32,000 nucleotides of DNA from Nonlabens ponticola (GTDB taxonomy: Bacteria > Bacteroidota > Bacteroidia > Flavobacteriales > Flavobacteriaceae): positions 780,001-812,000 of the forward strand of contig NZ_CP034549.1 of assembly GCF_003966335.1 (NCBI RefSeq), read 5' to 3'. The position numbers were made by a program, and so were the translations under genes. Positions 8,356 to 18,136 of the stretch are shown one piece after another. A model generated the notes under the pieces. That model searched no databases, was not told the origin of the DNA, and was given only the letters and a program-made list of their open reading frames with translations. Numbering within the stretch: the stretch's first letter is position 1; every line of letters starts with the position of its first letter.

Positions 8356-11081
8356 ACTTCTTTTTCTGTAAGTGGTTGGTTCATATCAAACAGTTCTTTG
8401 ATGAGTGCGATGAGTTGTTGTTCAAACCTGTCCAATACCTCATGGTCGATGGAAGACTTAATCACTGTTCTTCCTTGTTTCTCAGTAAATGAGATCAATC
8501 CATCGCTGAATTTTTTAAAACTAATGATGCCACCTGTTGCCGTGTCAAAAACCTCCTTTTTTGAGTAGAGGTATGCGTACATGAGTACTTGGAAGGCTTT
8601 GGCGCGTTCATAGTCAGTTATCAGCGCCTCATAATCAGCTGGATCGACTGACACTTGAGTCTTAGTGGCATTACCTGATTTGTAATCAATAATTCTAAGC
8701 TCACCATCTACTGTATCAATTCTATCCACTTTACCATGTAGTTTAACTTGTCCTATCTCAGGAATATCTATTACGGTTTCTAGTTGTTGTTCAACACTTT
8801 TAATGATCAATTCTTTGCCTTGTTTGACAAGATCTGCATCTGCTGCGACCATCATTTTTATGTAATGATGCGACACTTCATAGATCAATTTATTCTTACC
8901 CAGTGGCGTGCCACTCGTGTCATAGCACTCTTTGTATGCCTTGTCAAGTTCATGTTTAATACGCTGGCGTATGGCTTTAAAATCTTCATCGATTAAAATC
9001 TTGCCTTGCACGGGTTGATACAATTTGTCCAAAGCCTCATGGATGATGTTACCCATCGTGTTAAAGGCAATATCCTCTTCTACATCATCCATTTGCGAGA
9101 TGCGCATGATCTTTTGTGCAAAAAAATCAACAGGATTGCGTACATAACTAGTCAGCGCTGATGGTGAGAAACCATTTGCGGCAATCTGCTTGAGTCTTTT
9201 TAAGTAAGCTTCCGTTTTAGGTACCTCAATAAGTGATGTCGTTACCGGATTTACCTTGCTATAATAATTGATGGATTTGAGTATGTGAGCGTCTGGTTTA
9301 TCTACTTCTAGCTGTAGCAAGAATCTGCTTTTCTCGCCGCCACCCAGTGTATCGCTCTCTTGATTATAAATAAAGGTGGCGCTGTTGCATCGATGCAACA
9401 ATCGATAAAAATGGTAGGCATAAATACTGTCTTTATCACTGTAAGTAGGCATACCAAATTGCCTTTTCATCTCATAAGGAATGTATGATGACTGCGATTT
9501 TCCTGCTGGCAGCGTACCTTCATTGACAGATAGCATGATGATGTTTTCATAATCCAGCGCCCTTGTTTCCAATACACCCATGATCTGTAATCCTTGAATA
9601 GGCTCGCCAATAAAGTCGAGATTTTTAAGCGGCAAAACTTGACGCAGTAAATAAGTGAGTGTCTTGAGGTTCTCAATGTTTTCATGATCTCTAGTAAGAA
9701 CGGCCAGTTCTTGAATCACTTCTTTCATAGCAAGTAATTGCTCTAGCTGTAAAGGATCTTTGGTTTTACCAACAATGGATTTTTTTAAGAGCTCAATCAA
9801 CTCAAAACAACGTTCAATGATTTGTTGTGGTTGGGTTATAGTATTGAGTAGCAAACTAATCGCCGTGTCTTCCTTGAGGTCAAAAGCATCGTTGGTCACA
9901 TAAATAATGTTCTTTTCTCTGATGACCTTGAGTAGCTTTTGGCTTTCTACTGGCGACAGCAAATTCACAAAGGGACTTTCTAAAACCCTAACAACATTCT
10001 TAAAATAGAATCCTTGATCTGTTCTCTCTCGATGTAACTTGAATAAATCCTTGAATAGTGTCGCGATAGGCAACTTGTCAAGGCTCAAGCCCATTGTGAC
10101 ATTATAGTTGCTAACATTCTTGGGTAATGCCTGTAAAAATGGTAGGAGCAACTGCTCGTCAGCTAATATGATAGCCGTTTTTTTGAGTTCATCTGGCTCG
10201 TAATGTGATATCAATTCACTTGCCGCTTGTACCATACCTAAGTTGCCGGTAGCTCCAATAACTTTTAGATTCTTAGATCCAGAGTAATTTTGCCTGATTT
10301 GCTCAAATGGATGTGATTCATAAAACTTCCAGTTGGATTTGAACTCACGCATAAATTTGCTCGCCTCATGGTAGTTGCGATCTATGAAATAGGCATCTGC
10401 ATCCCAGAATATGGAGGCTTGTTTATCTTCTAGCAGCTGCTGTACGATTTGCGACTCTGCGGTGTTGAGTGCATTGAGACCTAGAAAAATGTAATTGTTT
10501 TGTAAAGTTGTTTTTGAGGATTTTGCTTTCGCGAAAGCTAACCTATAAGCCAGCCCTTGATAAGCAATATCATTTTGTTTACAAACGTCTACCATTGCGC
10601 GATAGTAGCGGTGTAGTTTCTTCCAAAAGTCAAGATAGTTAGTGACCATAGGAGTTTTGGTAGCGTCTAGTGACCAGTGGCTTGTGGTGTCTAGCGCCTT
10701 GTAATTTCCTAGGTAATTGAAAAATCCTTCTGGATCGACCAGGTAGCGATCTATCTCGTTGAAGTCTTTTAAAATAGTAGGTGCCCAGCCTATAAATGCC
10801 TCAAAGCTATCTTGTTTCTCTTTGGGTTCCACGTCTAGGTAAGCTTTGTAGAAATAAGGTAGTATCTCTAAATCGGGTAGTATTTGAACTTGAGATAATT
10901 GCTCTACAAATTCCTGGATACTAAGCGTGGTAGGTTCAAAAATAGGTGGGTCAACCCTACTTATGATAGATCTATTGATCATGAGACCTACACGTCTACT
11001 GGGAACTACATAGGACTGTTCTAGCAAATTGTTTCCAGCAGCAGTCAAGTCATCAAGCACTTGATCTATAAAAGTGATCAT
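8352..11081 (-). CDS. AddB-like PD-(D/E)XK nuclease family protein (inactive-helicase-like N-terminal part)
   Basis: 909 aa. C-terminal RecB-type nuclease motifs GKVDRID...IIDYKSG...QVLMYAYL. No Walker A motif was seen. Lies on the same strand as, and near, an AddA-like helicase-nuclease. Confidence 0.72.
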   Translation of the reverse strand: MITFIDQVLDDLTAAGNNLLEQSYVVPSRRVGLMINRSIISRVDPPIFEPTTLSIQEFVEQLSQVQILPDLEILPYFYKAYLDVEPKEKQDSFEAFIGWAPTILKDFNEIDRYLVDPEGFFNYLGNYKALDTTSHWSLDATKTPMVTNYLDFWKKLHRYYRAMVDVCKQNDIAYQGLAYRLAFAKAKSSKTTLQNNYIFLGLNALNTAESQIVQQLLEDKQASIFWDADAYFIDRNYHEASKFMREFKSNWKFYESHPFEQIRQNYSGSKNLKVIGATGNLGMVQAASELISHYEPDELKKTAIILADEQLLLPFLQALPKNVSNYNVTMGLSLDKLPIATLFKDLFKLHRERTDQGFYFKNVVRVLESPFVNLLSPVESQKLLKVIREKNIIYVTNDAFDLKEDTAISLLLNTITQPQQIIERCFELIELLKKSIVGKTKDPLQLEQLLAMKEVIQELAVLTRDHENIENLKTLTYLLRQVLPLKNLDFIGEPIQGLQIMGVLETRALDYENIIMLSVNEGTLPAGKSQSSYIPYEMKRQFGMPTYSDKDSIYAYHFYRLLHRCNSATFIYNQESDTLGGGEKSRFLLQLEVDKPDAHILKSINYYSKVNPVTTSLIEVPKTEAYLKRLKQIAANGFSPSALTSYVRNPVDFFAQKIMRISQMDDVEEDIAFNTMGNIIHEALDKLYQPVQGKILIDEDFKAIRQRIKHELDKAYKECYDTSGTPLGKNKLIYEVSHHYIKMMVAADADLVKQGKELIIKSVEQQLETVIDIPEIGQVKLHGKVDRIDTVDGELRIIDYKSGNATKTQVSVDPADYEALITDYERAKAFQVLMYAYLYSKKEVFDTATGGIISFKKFSDGLISFTEKQGRTVIKSSIDHEVLDRFEQQLIALIKELFDMNQPLTEKEV
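10525..10538. repeat. Iterated palindrome GCTTTCGCGAAAGC, copy 4
   Basis: Exact match inside the AddB-like gene, read as L-AFAKA-K. Confidence 0.97.
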
Positions 11082-11113
11082 AAACGTAATGTTATATTCC
11101 TAAAAATAGGGCA

Positions 11114-11144
11114 TAAAAAAACGCCATCCAGCTGGATGGCGTTT
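11114..11144 (-). terminator. Rho-independent terminator downstream of the OmpA-family gene
   Basis: The minus strand reads AAACGCCATCC-AGCT-GGATGGCGTTT followed by TTTTTTT. Confidence 0.72.
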
Positions 11145-11165
11145 AATTAAATGTTCAACTACTAA

Positions 11166-12536
11166 TTAGTTATCCTTAACTAGGTTGATTTCTGTTCTTC
11201 TGTTTTGCTGTCTTCCAGCAGCAGTTTTGTTAGTTGCAATAGGTTGCTCCTCACCAAAACCTTTAGCGGTCAATCTGTCTGGGTCAATACCACCGTTCAC
11301 TAGGTATCTCATTACAGAGTTTGCTCTCTCATTAGATAATTTAAGGTTGTAAGCGTTAGAACCTGAACTATCTGTGTGTCCTTCAATGAAGAATTCTGAA
11401 TCTGGATACTTCTCAAGGATATCAATGATATCTTGTAGTGTCTCTGCAGACTCTTGCTTGATTGAAGACTTGTTCAATTCAAACAAGATAGTACGTGCAT
11501 AAGCGTTTAATTGCTCTTGCTCTTTTACAGTTGGTTCCGCTGGACGTGGGCAACCGTTAAGTTCTGCCACACCAGCCTCATTAGGACATGCGTCATCTTT
11601 ATCAGCAATACCATCGCCGTCAGTATCAGGACATCCATTGAATTTAGCTAGACCAGCTTCATTAGGACATTCATCATCTTTGTCTGCGATACCATCACCA
11701 TCAGCATCTGGACAACCATTAAGTGCTGCAAGACCAGCCTCATTAGGACATTCATCGTCTTTGTCTAGGACGCCATCACCATCAGTATCAGGACAACCGT
11801 TAGTTTCAGCAGGACCAGCAACTAGAGGACACTCATCCTCGCTGTCTTTGATACCATCACCATCAGTGTCAGGACACCCGTTGAATTCAGGAAGACCTGG
11901 AGTCTCTGGACATTCATCCTTGTTGTCAGGAATACCATCACCATCAGTATCTACAGCGCCCCATGCAAACTTCACACCAGCAAAGTGCTGGAAGTGCTTA
12001 GGATTTGTATCTTCAAATGCATGCTTATAAGTGGTTTGTAGATTGAAGAAAATGTTGTCAATCAATTTGATATCAAAACCTACAGAACCATTAAAAGTTC
12101 CAAAGCTTGATTCGTCACCTAAGAACTGGTAAGAACCACCAACACCTAAATAAGGTCTGAAGATGTCGCCATTCCATAGTTCGTTAAGCTGATATTTCAA
12201 TCCACCATCAAGACTAACATAAGTTAATTCATCAATTCTCATATCACCTGCACGATCGATCGTGTTAGCAGAAAACGCACCTGTAGCGACAATACCATCA
12301 CCTACATAGTATCCTACTTCTACACGAGCTGGGATTTCAAGAAAGTTGTAGTGCTCTGTGTTGAAGAATTCATCAAAATATCCTCCTAGTCCTTGATCTT
12401 CTTCACCAACTGGGTATAGGTCAATGGCATTAACACCTACGGCTACTGCCCAGCGGTTGCTCTCATCTTGAGCGGTTGCAAAACTAGCAGAGAATAACAC
12501 TGCAGCTGCAACAAAAATTTGTAATAAGTTTTTCAT
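11166..12536 (-). CDS. OmpA-family outer-membrane protein with thrombospondin type-3 (TSP3) calcium-binding repeats
   Basis: 456 aa, built from:
- a signal peptide ([14 protein letters not shown])
- a beta-barrel-like N-terminal domain
- five DTDGDGIxDxxDECP repeats
- a C-terminal OmpA peptidoglycan-binding domain ([24 protein letters not shown]). Confidence 0.9.
   Translation of the reverse strand: MKNLLQIFVAAAVLFSASFATAQDESNRWAVAVGVNAIDLYPVGEEDQGLGGYFDEFFNTEHYNFLEIPARVEVGYYVGDGIVATGAFSANTIDRAGDMRIDELTYVSLDGGLKYQLNELWNGDIFRPYLGVGGSYQFLGDESSFGTFNGSVGFDIKLIDNIFFNLQTTYKHAFEDTNPKHFQHFAGVKFAWGAVDTDGDGIPDNKDECPETPGLPEFNGCPDTDGDGIKDSEDECPLVAGPAETNGCPDTDGDGVLDKDDECPNEAGLAALNGCPDADGDGIADKDDECPNEAGLAKFNGCPDTDGDGIADKDDACPNEAGVAELNGCPRPAEPTVKEQEQLNAYARTILFELNKSSIKQESAETLQDIIDILEKYPDSEFFIEGHTDSSGSNAYNLKLSNERANSVMRYLVNGGIDPDRLTAKGFGEEQPIATNKTAAGRQQNRRTEINLVKDN
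11547..11951. repeat. Five tandem 81-bp (27-codon) coding repeats that encode the TSP3 modules
   Basis: Protein residues 196-330 form five units of D(T/A)DGDG(I/V)xDxxDxCPxxxGxxxxNGCP. The DNA units are visibly similar to one another. Confidence 0.85.
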
Positions 12537-12563
12537 GTTGGGTTATTTAGGTTTACAAGGCAG

Positions 12564-12571
12564 CAAAACTA
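12564..12571 (-). promoter_or_regulatory. Candidate -7 promoter box (TAGTTTTG on the minus strand) for the OmpA-family gene
   Basis: Matches TAnnTTTG, 27 nt upstream of the ATG. A T-rich partial -33-like element (CTTTTA) lies about 17 nt further upstream. Confidence 0.3.
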
Positions 12572-12644
12572 ATTATATCACTGCACTTAAAAGTAATATT
12601 GATCAAAATTATCCTAATGAGCAAAAATCAGGGGTAATAATTTG

Positions 12645-13844
12645 TTAATTTTTGATAACATCTAGTGATTTCCCTACCTTTTCAAAGGCTTTTACTGCTT
12701 TATCTATATGTTCTTTTGAATGTGCGGCGCTTAGTTGAACGCGTATTCTAGCTTTCTCTTTAGGTACCACAGGATAGAAGAACCCTATGACATAAATACC
12801 TTCTTCTAGAAGCATGTCTGCCATATCCTGAGAAAGTTTTGCGTCATACAACATCACAGGTACAATAGCGCTCTCGCCATCAACGATATCAAATCCCAGC
12901 TGTTGCATTTCTTTCTTGAAATAAGCTGTATTGTCTTGTACCTTTTTTATCAAGTCGGTGCTACTATCAATAAGTTCTAGTGCTTTAATGCTTGCACCAA
13001 CGATTGATGGAGCTAATGAATTAGAGAACAAGTATGGACGCGATCGCTGTCTCAGTATTTCAATTACCTCTCTATTGGCACAAGTATAGCCACCCATGGC
13101 GCCACCTAGGGCTTTTCCTAGAGTTCCTGTAACAATGTCAATGCGACCTAGAACGTTTTTGGCCTCAAGACTACCGCGACCGGTATCTCCTAAGAATCCA
13201 GCGGCGTGACATTCATCTACCATGACAAGAGCGTCATATTTATCTGCCAGATCACAAATTTTGTCAAGCGGTGCAAGAATACCGTCCATACTGAAAACAC
13301 CATCAGTAACAATTACTTTGTGGCGAGCACCATTTTCATTTGCTGCAATCAATTGCTTCTCAAGATCTGCCATGTCTGCGCTAGCATATCTGTAGCGAGC
13401 GGCTTTACATAAACGAACGCCATCAATGATCGACGCATGATTGAGTGAATCAGAGATAATAGCATCTTCCTTAGTCAATAGTGGTTCAAAAACACCAGCG
13501 TTGGCATCAAAACAAGCAGCATAAAGTATAGTGTCTTCCATACCATAAAATGCAGCAAGTTTTTGCTCTAATTCTTTATGGATGTCTTGAGTACCACAAA
13601 TAAAACGCACGCTACTCATCCCAAATCCATGAGTATCAAGTGTATCCTTTGCTGCCTGGATAACCTCTGGATGTGAGGAAAGTCCTAGATAATTATTTGC
13701 ACAAAAATTAAGAACCTCACTTCCATCATCAAGTGTAATAACTGCGTCTTGAGGTGATGTAATGATGCGCTCTTTCTTAAAAAGACCGTCCTCTTTTATC
13801 TGTGCGATTTCCTGTTGTAAGTGCTCTTTTATTTTACCGTACAT
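12645..13844 (-). CDS. kbl: Glycine C-acetyltransferase (2-amino-3-ketobutyrate CoA ligase)
   Basis: 399 aa. Alpha-oxoamine synthase family. PLP-lysine motif [14 protein letters not shown], plus DECHAAGF. Confidence 0.9.
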   Translation of the reverse strand: MYGKIKEHLQQEIAQIKEDGLFKKERIITSPQDAVITLDDGSEVLNFCANNYLGLSSHPEVIQAAKDTLDTHGFGMSSVRFICGTQDIHKELEQKLAAFYGMEDTILYAACFDANAGVFEPLLTKEDAIISDSLNHASIIDGVRLCKAARYRYASADMADLEKQLIAANENGARHKVIVTDGVFSMDGILAPLDKICDLADKYDALVMVDECHAAGFLGDTGRGSLEAKNVLGRIDIVTGTLGKALGGAMGGYTCANREVIEILRQRSRPYLFSNSLAPSIVGASIKALELIDSSTDLIKKVQDNTAYFKKEMQQLGFDIVDGESAIVPVMLYDAKLSQDMADMLLEEGIYVIGFFYPVVPKEKARIRVQLSAAHSKEHIDKAVKAFEKVGKSLDVIKN

Positions 13845-13885
13845 GGATGTTGTTATTTATTGCAAAGATATAATCTGCAGGCTTG

Positions 13886-16800
13886 TTAGTCCCATTTCTC
13901 CACCTGCATCTTATCGGTGTAAACAAGGATACGATCGCCTGTCTCAAATCCCAATTGCTGCATTAAATTCATGTAGCCATTTACCTGACTCTTATGATCG
14001 TTACTGGGTTCACCTGTTTTATAGTCTATTATAGTAGCTTGATTATTATCAAATATGACACGATCTGGAATAGCTTTATGCCCATCTGGCAGTAAAATGG
14101 ATTTTTCATTTAAAGCATTAATCCCATTGCTATAATAATCGCTTAATTCTGGATGCTGGACAACTGCCGCTATTGCTTTTTTGAATTCTGCTTTTTGATC
14201 ATGTGATAGACTGTGGTCACGATCGATTCGAGAAGATACGCTATCTAGGTCATCTATGGTATTGATCAAGGACAAGTAAAAGTGTAGCTGTGTTCCTTTA
14301 TCTATGGCTTCCAGTGCATCGTCTGCCCATAATTTTCCTTTTCTTGTGGATAGTTCTGGTTGTTGATTGCCGTCGCGCACGTTATAAGATTCTACAAGTA
14401 CGCTGGCTTGCTTTTCTTCCACTTCAGTCTTTCTAGCGGGATTACCCCTAGAATAAATTATGCTTCCGGATTCAGTTTTATTCTGCCAATCATGGCTAGT
14501 AATGTATTGCGTCAATAAACTTGAGTATGTTTCTTTTTTACCGTCCTTGTCTGTTGCAAGAATATATAACTGCTCTGCGGCACGAGTAAAAGCAACATAT
14601 AAGGTGTTTATTTGATCCATTTCTACACGTGCCATGTGTTCGCGATAAAGTAACGGCGCTGGTTCTGGATAGGATTCACACTCTTGTTTCAACGAGATAT
14701 AAACATGATCAAATCCAGAAAACTCTACTGCGTCAACAGGCAACCAGCCATGTGCGTCACGTGATTCATCGATTTGCTCGTCACAGTATGGCACGATGAC
14801 TACGGGAAACTCTAATCCTTTTGCCTTATGAATGGTCATTATGGTCACGGCTTCTGGATCTTGAGCCGCTGGGACGCTCAACGATGATTGCTTGAACTCC
14901 CATTGCTCGATAAAGCTTGATAAACTGCTTTCAAATCCTTGTGAGAACTCATAAACATGTTCTAGGAACGCCTGCAGCCTGATGTCGTAATCCTGATTTA
15001 ATTGCAATCTGGCGACTACTTTTTCTGTGGCTTGAAATAAGTTAGCTTTCGCGAAAGCTGAAAAAACATCATCATCGCCACTAGTCAAAGAGCTGCTAAT
15101 TTTCTCTAGACTTTTTGACAAATGGGCGTCTATGAAAGAATGAATATCCTCGATCTTTTCAAGCTGCGCATACTGCATCAAAAAATGGAACAACGGCTCT
15201 TGCTGTGTTGGGAATTGGCTTACTCGCATGATAGCGATGAGCAACTGGACTTTGGGCGAGGCCGCTACCATAAGACTATCTGCAGATACCACATTCATGC
15301 TTTGCGACACAAGATACCTAGCCAGTTCATCGCCCTGTTTTTTCTTGCGTACCAACACACAGATCTCATCAGGTCGATAGCCTTGTTGGCTGGCAGTCGT
15401 GATGCAATTTTTAACGTGTGGCGGATACATTGTCGTGAGGTCTGGATCATCAAAATCGTTTGTCTCACTTTCTGGATCCAGCAAATGATATTCTAGGTAA
15501 CCACCATCTTTGGAGGTAGGTTCTTGATGTAAATAATTTTCATACAAATCCTCGTAAGCGGCGCCAGACAATAGATTGCCGTAGAATTTGAAAAAGCCAT
15601 TATTGAAATCAATAATGTTTGAATAGCTGCGCCAGTTAGTTCCTAACGACTGGTTTTTCTTTTGCAGCATGAACAGGTCGTCCTTGTTAAGTATATCAAG
15701 AAACTGATCTGCATCGCCGCCGCGCCATCTATAGATAGATTGCTTTGCATCACCTACCAGCATTAGCGAACCGCGAGAGCCATCTTCACGTTCCTGTACT
15801 AGTGGGTTTTCAATAAGTGGCATGAGATTACTCCACTGCATGCGGCTGGTATCCTGAAACTCGTCTACAAAGTAGTGGCGATAACGCTCGCCCAATCGTT
15901 CATAAATAAAGGGCGCTGGTTGATCTTTTATTTGCGCAGATAACAGCCCATTAAATTCATAGATGGGTACGATTTGCTCTTCATCTTTAATCTTGTCCAG
16001 CTCTTGTACAATCTCGTTGAGAAGCGATAAAGGCGTCAAGTTGCGCATGATGTTGGTATGCAGTAAAACGGTACCGTAGGCTCTTGCATAAAAAGTAGCT
16101 AGCTCCACAAGATCATCTCGCATCCCTTCAATCTCACTAGTGGCTGCTGCGTTTGCAGCCTTATTGGCGAGAGTTGCTGTCGCCATGTCTTTTACATATC
16201 CAGTTTCCGGATTTATGCTAAATAAACCATCAGCACACTGCATGATGAATTTATAGACCCGAGATGCTTTATAGAAGAAGTCGTCAGGCTGTAATCCAGC
16301 ACTTTGAATACGTCTGGTTATTGATTCAGTTCTCGTTTTGAGTTCTTGTGCTAATGATTCATTTTGTTTATTGAGATTTTTTTTGAGTTGGAGAAAATCG
16401 TCAACAGATTTGCTTTTTAATTGCTGCAGGAATACATAGTGATTTTCACTCAGAATAAGTTTTGCGATACTGTGTAAATCGTACTCTATATCCCAACTTT
16501 TACCATCATCAATTTTGCTTAAGGTAAAATCTACCAGCAACTGTGTGAGTTGTTTGTCTCTGCCGGCTCTGGATAGCAGGTTATGAATTGCTTTGGATAA
16601 TAATTGATCGCTGTCCAGCTCAATCTCAAATCCATCAGGAAGCTGTATGTCACGCGCAAAAGTTCTTAGAATCCTATGACTAAAACTATCTATAGTCACA
16701 ATATCAAAAGCAGCATAATCATGCAATAATCGTTGCTGGATCTTGATGGCTTTTTCCTGCAACTGCTTGTCATCAAAGCCACAAGTTTGCTTGATGTGAT

Positions 16801-17035
16801 CAGCGATTCCTTGCAGGTCTTTTGGTACAGGTTGTTTCGTTAAGTCATTAAGGTTGTCGAGGATGCGCTTTTTCATCTCGCCCACGGCCTTATTAGTAAA
16901 CGTCACCGCTAGAATATTGCGGTATCCTTGATGATGCGGACTTTTAAACAGCAGCGTCAAGAAATCACGTGCTAGAGTATAGGTTTTACCAGATCCTGCA
17001 CTGGCACTATAAAAGGTGGTAGAAGCTGTGGACAT
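13886..17035 (-). CDS. AddA-like UvrD/REP-family helicase with C-terminal PD-(D/E)XK nuclease domain
   Basis: 1049 aa. Walker A SAGSGKTYTL, motif II VDEFQDTS, and C-terminal nuclease motifs PDRVIF...IIDYKTG...QVNGY. Confidence 0.85.
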   Translation of the reverse strand: MSTASTTFYSASAGSGKTYTLARDFLTLLFKSPHHQGYRNILAVTFTNKAVGEMKKRILDNLNDLTKQPVPKDLQGIADHIKQTCGFDDKQLQEKAIKIQQRLLHDYAAFDIVTIDSFSHRILRTFARDIQLPDGFEIELDSDQLLSKAIHNLLSRAGRDKQLTQLLVDFTLSKIDDGKSWDIEYDLHSIAKLILSENHYVFLQQLKSKSVDDFLQLKKNLNKQNESLAQELKTRTESITRRIQSAGLQPDDFFYKASRVYKFIMQCADGLFSINPETGYVKDMATATLANKAANAAATSEIEGMRDDLVELATFYARAYGTVLLHTNIMRNLTPLSLLNEIVQELDKIKDEEQIVPIYEFNGLLSAQIKDQPAPFIYERLGERYRHYFVDEFQDTSRMQWSNLMPLIENPLVQEREDGSRGSLMLVGDAKQSIYRWRGGDADQFLDILNKDDLFMLQKKNQSLGTNWRSYSNIIDFNNGFFKFYGNLLSGAAYEDLYENYLHQEPTSKDGGYLEYHLLDPESETNDFDDPDLTTMYPPHVKNCITTASQQGYRPDEICVLVRKKKQGDELARYLVSQSMNVVSADSLMVAASPKVQLLIAIMRVSQFPTQQEPLFHFLMQYAQLEKIEDIHSFIDAHLSKSLEKISSSLTSGDDDVFSAFAKANLFQATEKVVARLQLNQDYDIRLQAFLEHVYEFSQGFESSLSSFIEQWEFKQSSLSVPAAQDPEAVTIMTIHKAKGLEFPVVIVPYCDEQIDESRDAHGWLPVDAVEFSGFDHVYISLKQECESYPEPAPLLYREHMARVEMDQINTLYVAFTRAAEQLYILATDKDGKKETYSSLLTQYITSHDWQNKTESGSIIYSRGNPARKTEVEEKQASVLVESYNVRDGNQQPELSTRKGKLWADDALEAIDKGTQLHFYLSLINTIDDLDSVSSRIDRDHSLSHDQKAEFKKAIAAVVQHPELSDYYSNGINALNEKSILLPDGHKAIPDRVIFDNNQATIIDYKTGEPSNDHKSQVNGYMNLMQQLGFETGDRILVYTDKMQVEKWD
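15045..15058. repeat. Iterated palindrome GCTTTCGCGAAAGC, copy 5
   Basis: Exact match inside the AddA-like gene, read as S-AFAKA-N. The palindrome extends to 16 bp (AGCTTTCGCGAAAGCT, 15044-15059). Confidence 0.97.
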
Positions 17036-17200
17036 ATCTCAAAGGTAGCATGTTTTTCAGTTGGATTATGAGAAGAAAATAAGATGAGTTTTTGTATTCA
17101 TTTTTCTCATTATAATAATTGATTTATGATCCAATTCATACCGATGTTTATGCGTGCTGTTACATAAATATTTCATGCCTATTAATAGCGCGTGTAAAGA

Positions 17201-17224
17201 TTCAAGTTCAAGTTCAAGTTCAAG
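17201..17224. repeat. Hexanucleotide microsatellite (TTCAAG)x4, followed by a degenerate TTTTAG
   Basis: Read directly from the sequence in the 309-bp AT-rich divergent region between the AddA-like gene and the SOD gene. Confidence 0.85.
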
Positions 17225-17344
17225 TTTTAGCATTAGCGACTAGTGCCAATGTTTAAGTATATTATAACACGCTGGATTTCACAGCATCGCATTCTGGTAG
17301 TAACTTTATATAATTAGAATATTAACCTTAAAAACTAAACGACT

Positions 17345-17953
17345 ATGTCATTTGAGTTACCAAAATTAAACTATGCGTACGACGCGCTAGAGCCACATAT
17401 AGATGCACAAACCATGGAGATTCACCATTCAAAGCATCACCAAGGCTATACTAATAAATTAAACAATGCCATTGAAGGCACAGATCATGAAGGCAAAACG
17501 ATAGAGAATATCTTGGCGCACCTTGACATGGATAATAAAGCTGTTAGAAATAACGGTGGTGGCTTTTATAACCACAGATTATTTTGGAATGTAATGTCAC
17601 CTAACGGTGGTGGACATCCATCAGGAGATTTAAAAACAGCTATCGAGTCTGACTTCGGGAGCTACGAGAATTTCAAGGAAAAATTTGCCGAGGCTGCCAA
17701 AGGCCAATTCGGTTCTGGATGGGCATTTCTATGCGTACATGAAGGCGGTAAGCTAGAAGTATGTAGCTGCCCTAACCAAGACAATCCATTAATGCCTAAA
17801 ACAGGATGTGGTGGCACACCAATTCTTGCGCTTGACGTATGGGAACATGCATACTATCTAAAGTATCAAAACAAGCGCCCAGATTATGTAGAAGCATTCT
17901 TCAACGTCATCAACTGGGAAGAAGTTGAAAAACTATATGCACAGAATAAGTAA
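17345..17953 (+). CDS. sodA: Fe/Mn-family superoxide dismutase (metal specificity not determined)
   Basis: 202 aa. HHSKHHQGY and [18 protein letters not shown] signatures. Confidence 0.93.
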   Translation: MSFELPKLNYAYDALEPHIDAQTMEIHHSKHHQGYTNKLNNAIEGTDHEGKTIENILAHLDMDNKAVRNNGGGFYNHRLFWNVMSPNGGGHPSGDLKTAIESDFGSYENFKEKFAEAAKGQFGSGWAFLCVHEGGKLEVCSCPNQDNPLMPKTGCGGTPILALDVWEHAYYLKYQNKRPDYVEAFFNVINWEEVEKLYAQNK

Positions 17954-17974
17954 TCTGTAGCTTTGTAAAATTTG

Positions 17975-18008
17975 AAATCCCATCAAGTTGAGTTGATGGG
18001 ATTTTTTA
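17975..18008 (+). terminator. Rho-independent terminator of the SOD gene
   Basis: AAATCCCATCAA-GTTGAG-TTGATGGGATTT followed by a T-run. Confidence 0.75.
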
Positions 18009-18136
18009 TGCGTAATCTTATTTCAATCAAATGGCTTAGCATAAGCCTGGTTATAAATCACCCGATATAACCCCGAAATAGCTCGCGACTACGCTCGAGC
18101 AAGCATTTTCATTAATAACTAATTACTGACAACTAA

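Noticed and set aside
11638-12030. 130-aa plus-strand ORF rich in Ser/Pro/Gly (…[22 protein letters not shown]…)
   Set aside because: It lies exactly antisense to the TSP3 repeat region of the OmpA-family gene. Its periodicity is a shadow of the 81-bp coding repeats. The sense-strand protein has clear domain signatures and this ORF has none.
14635-14654. Possible degenerate copy of the iterated element, TGTGTTCGCGATAAAGTAAC, in the AddA-like gene, including the TAAC flank
   Set aside because: It has two mismatches in the left arm and a 1-nt insertion in the right arm, so it could be a decayed copy or coincidence. I did not count it among the ten copies or in the spacing analysis. It is worth including in a mismatch-tolerant genome scan.
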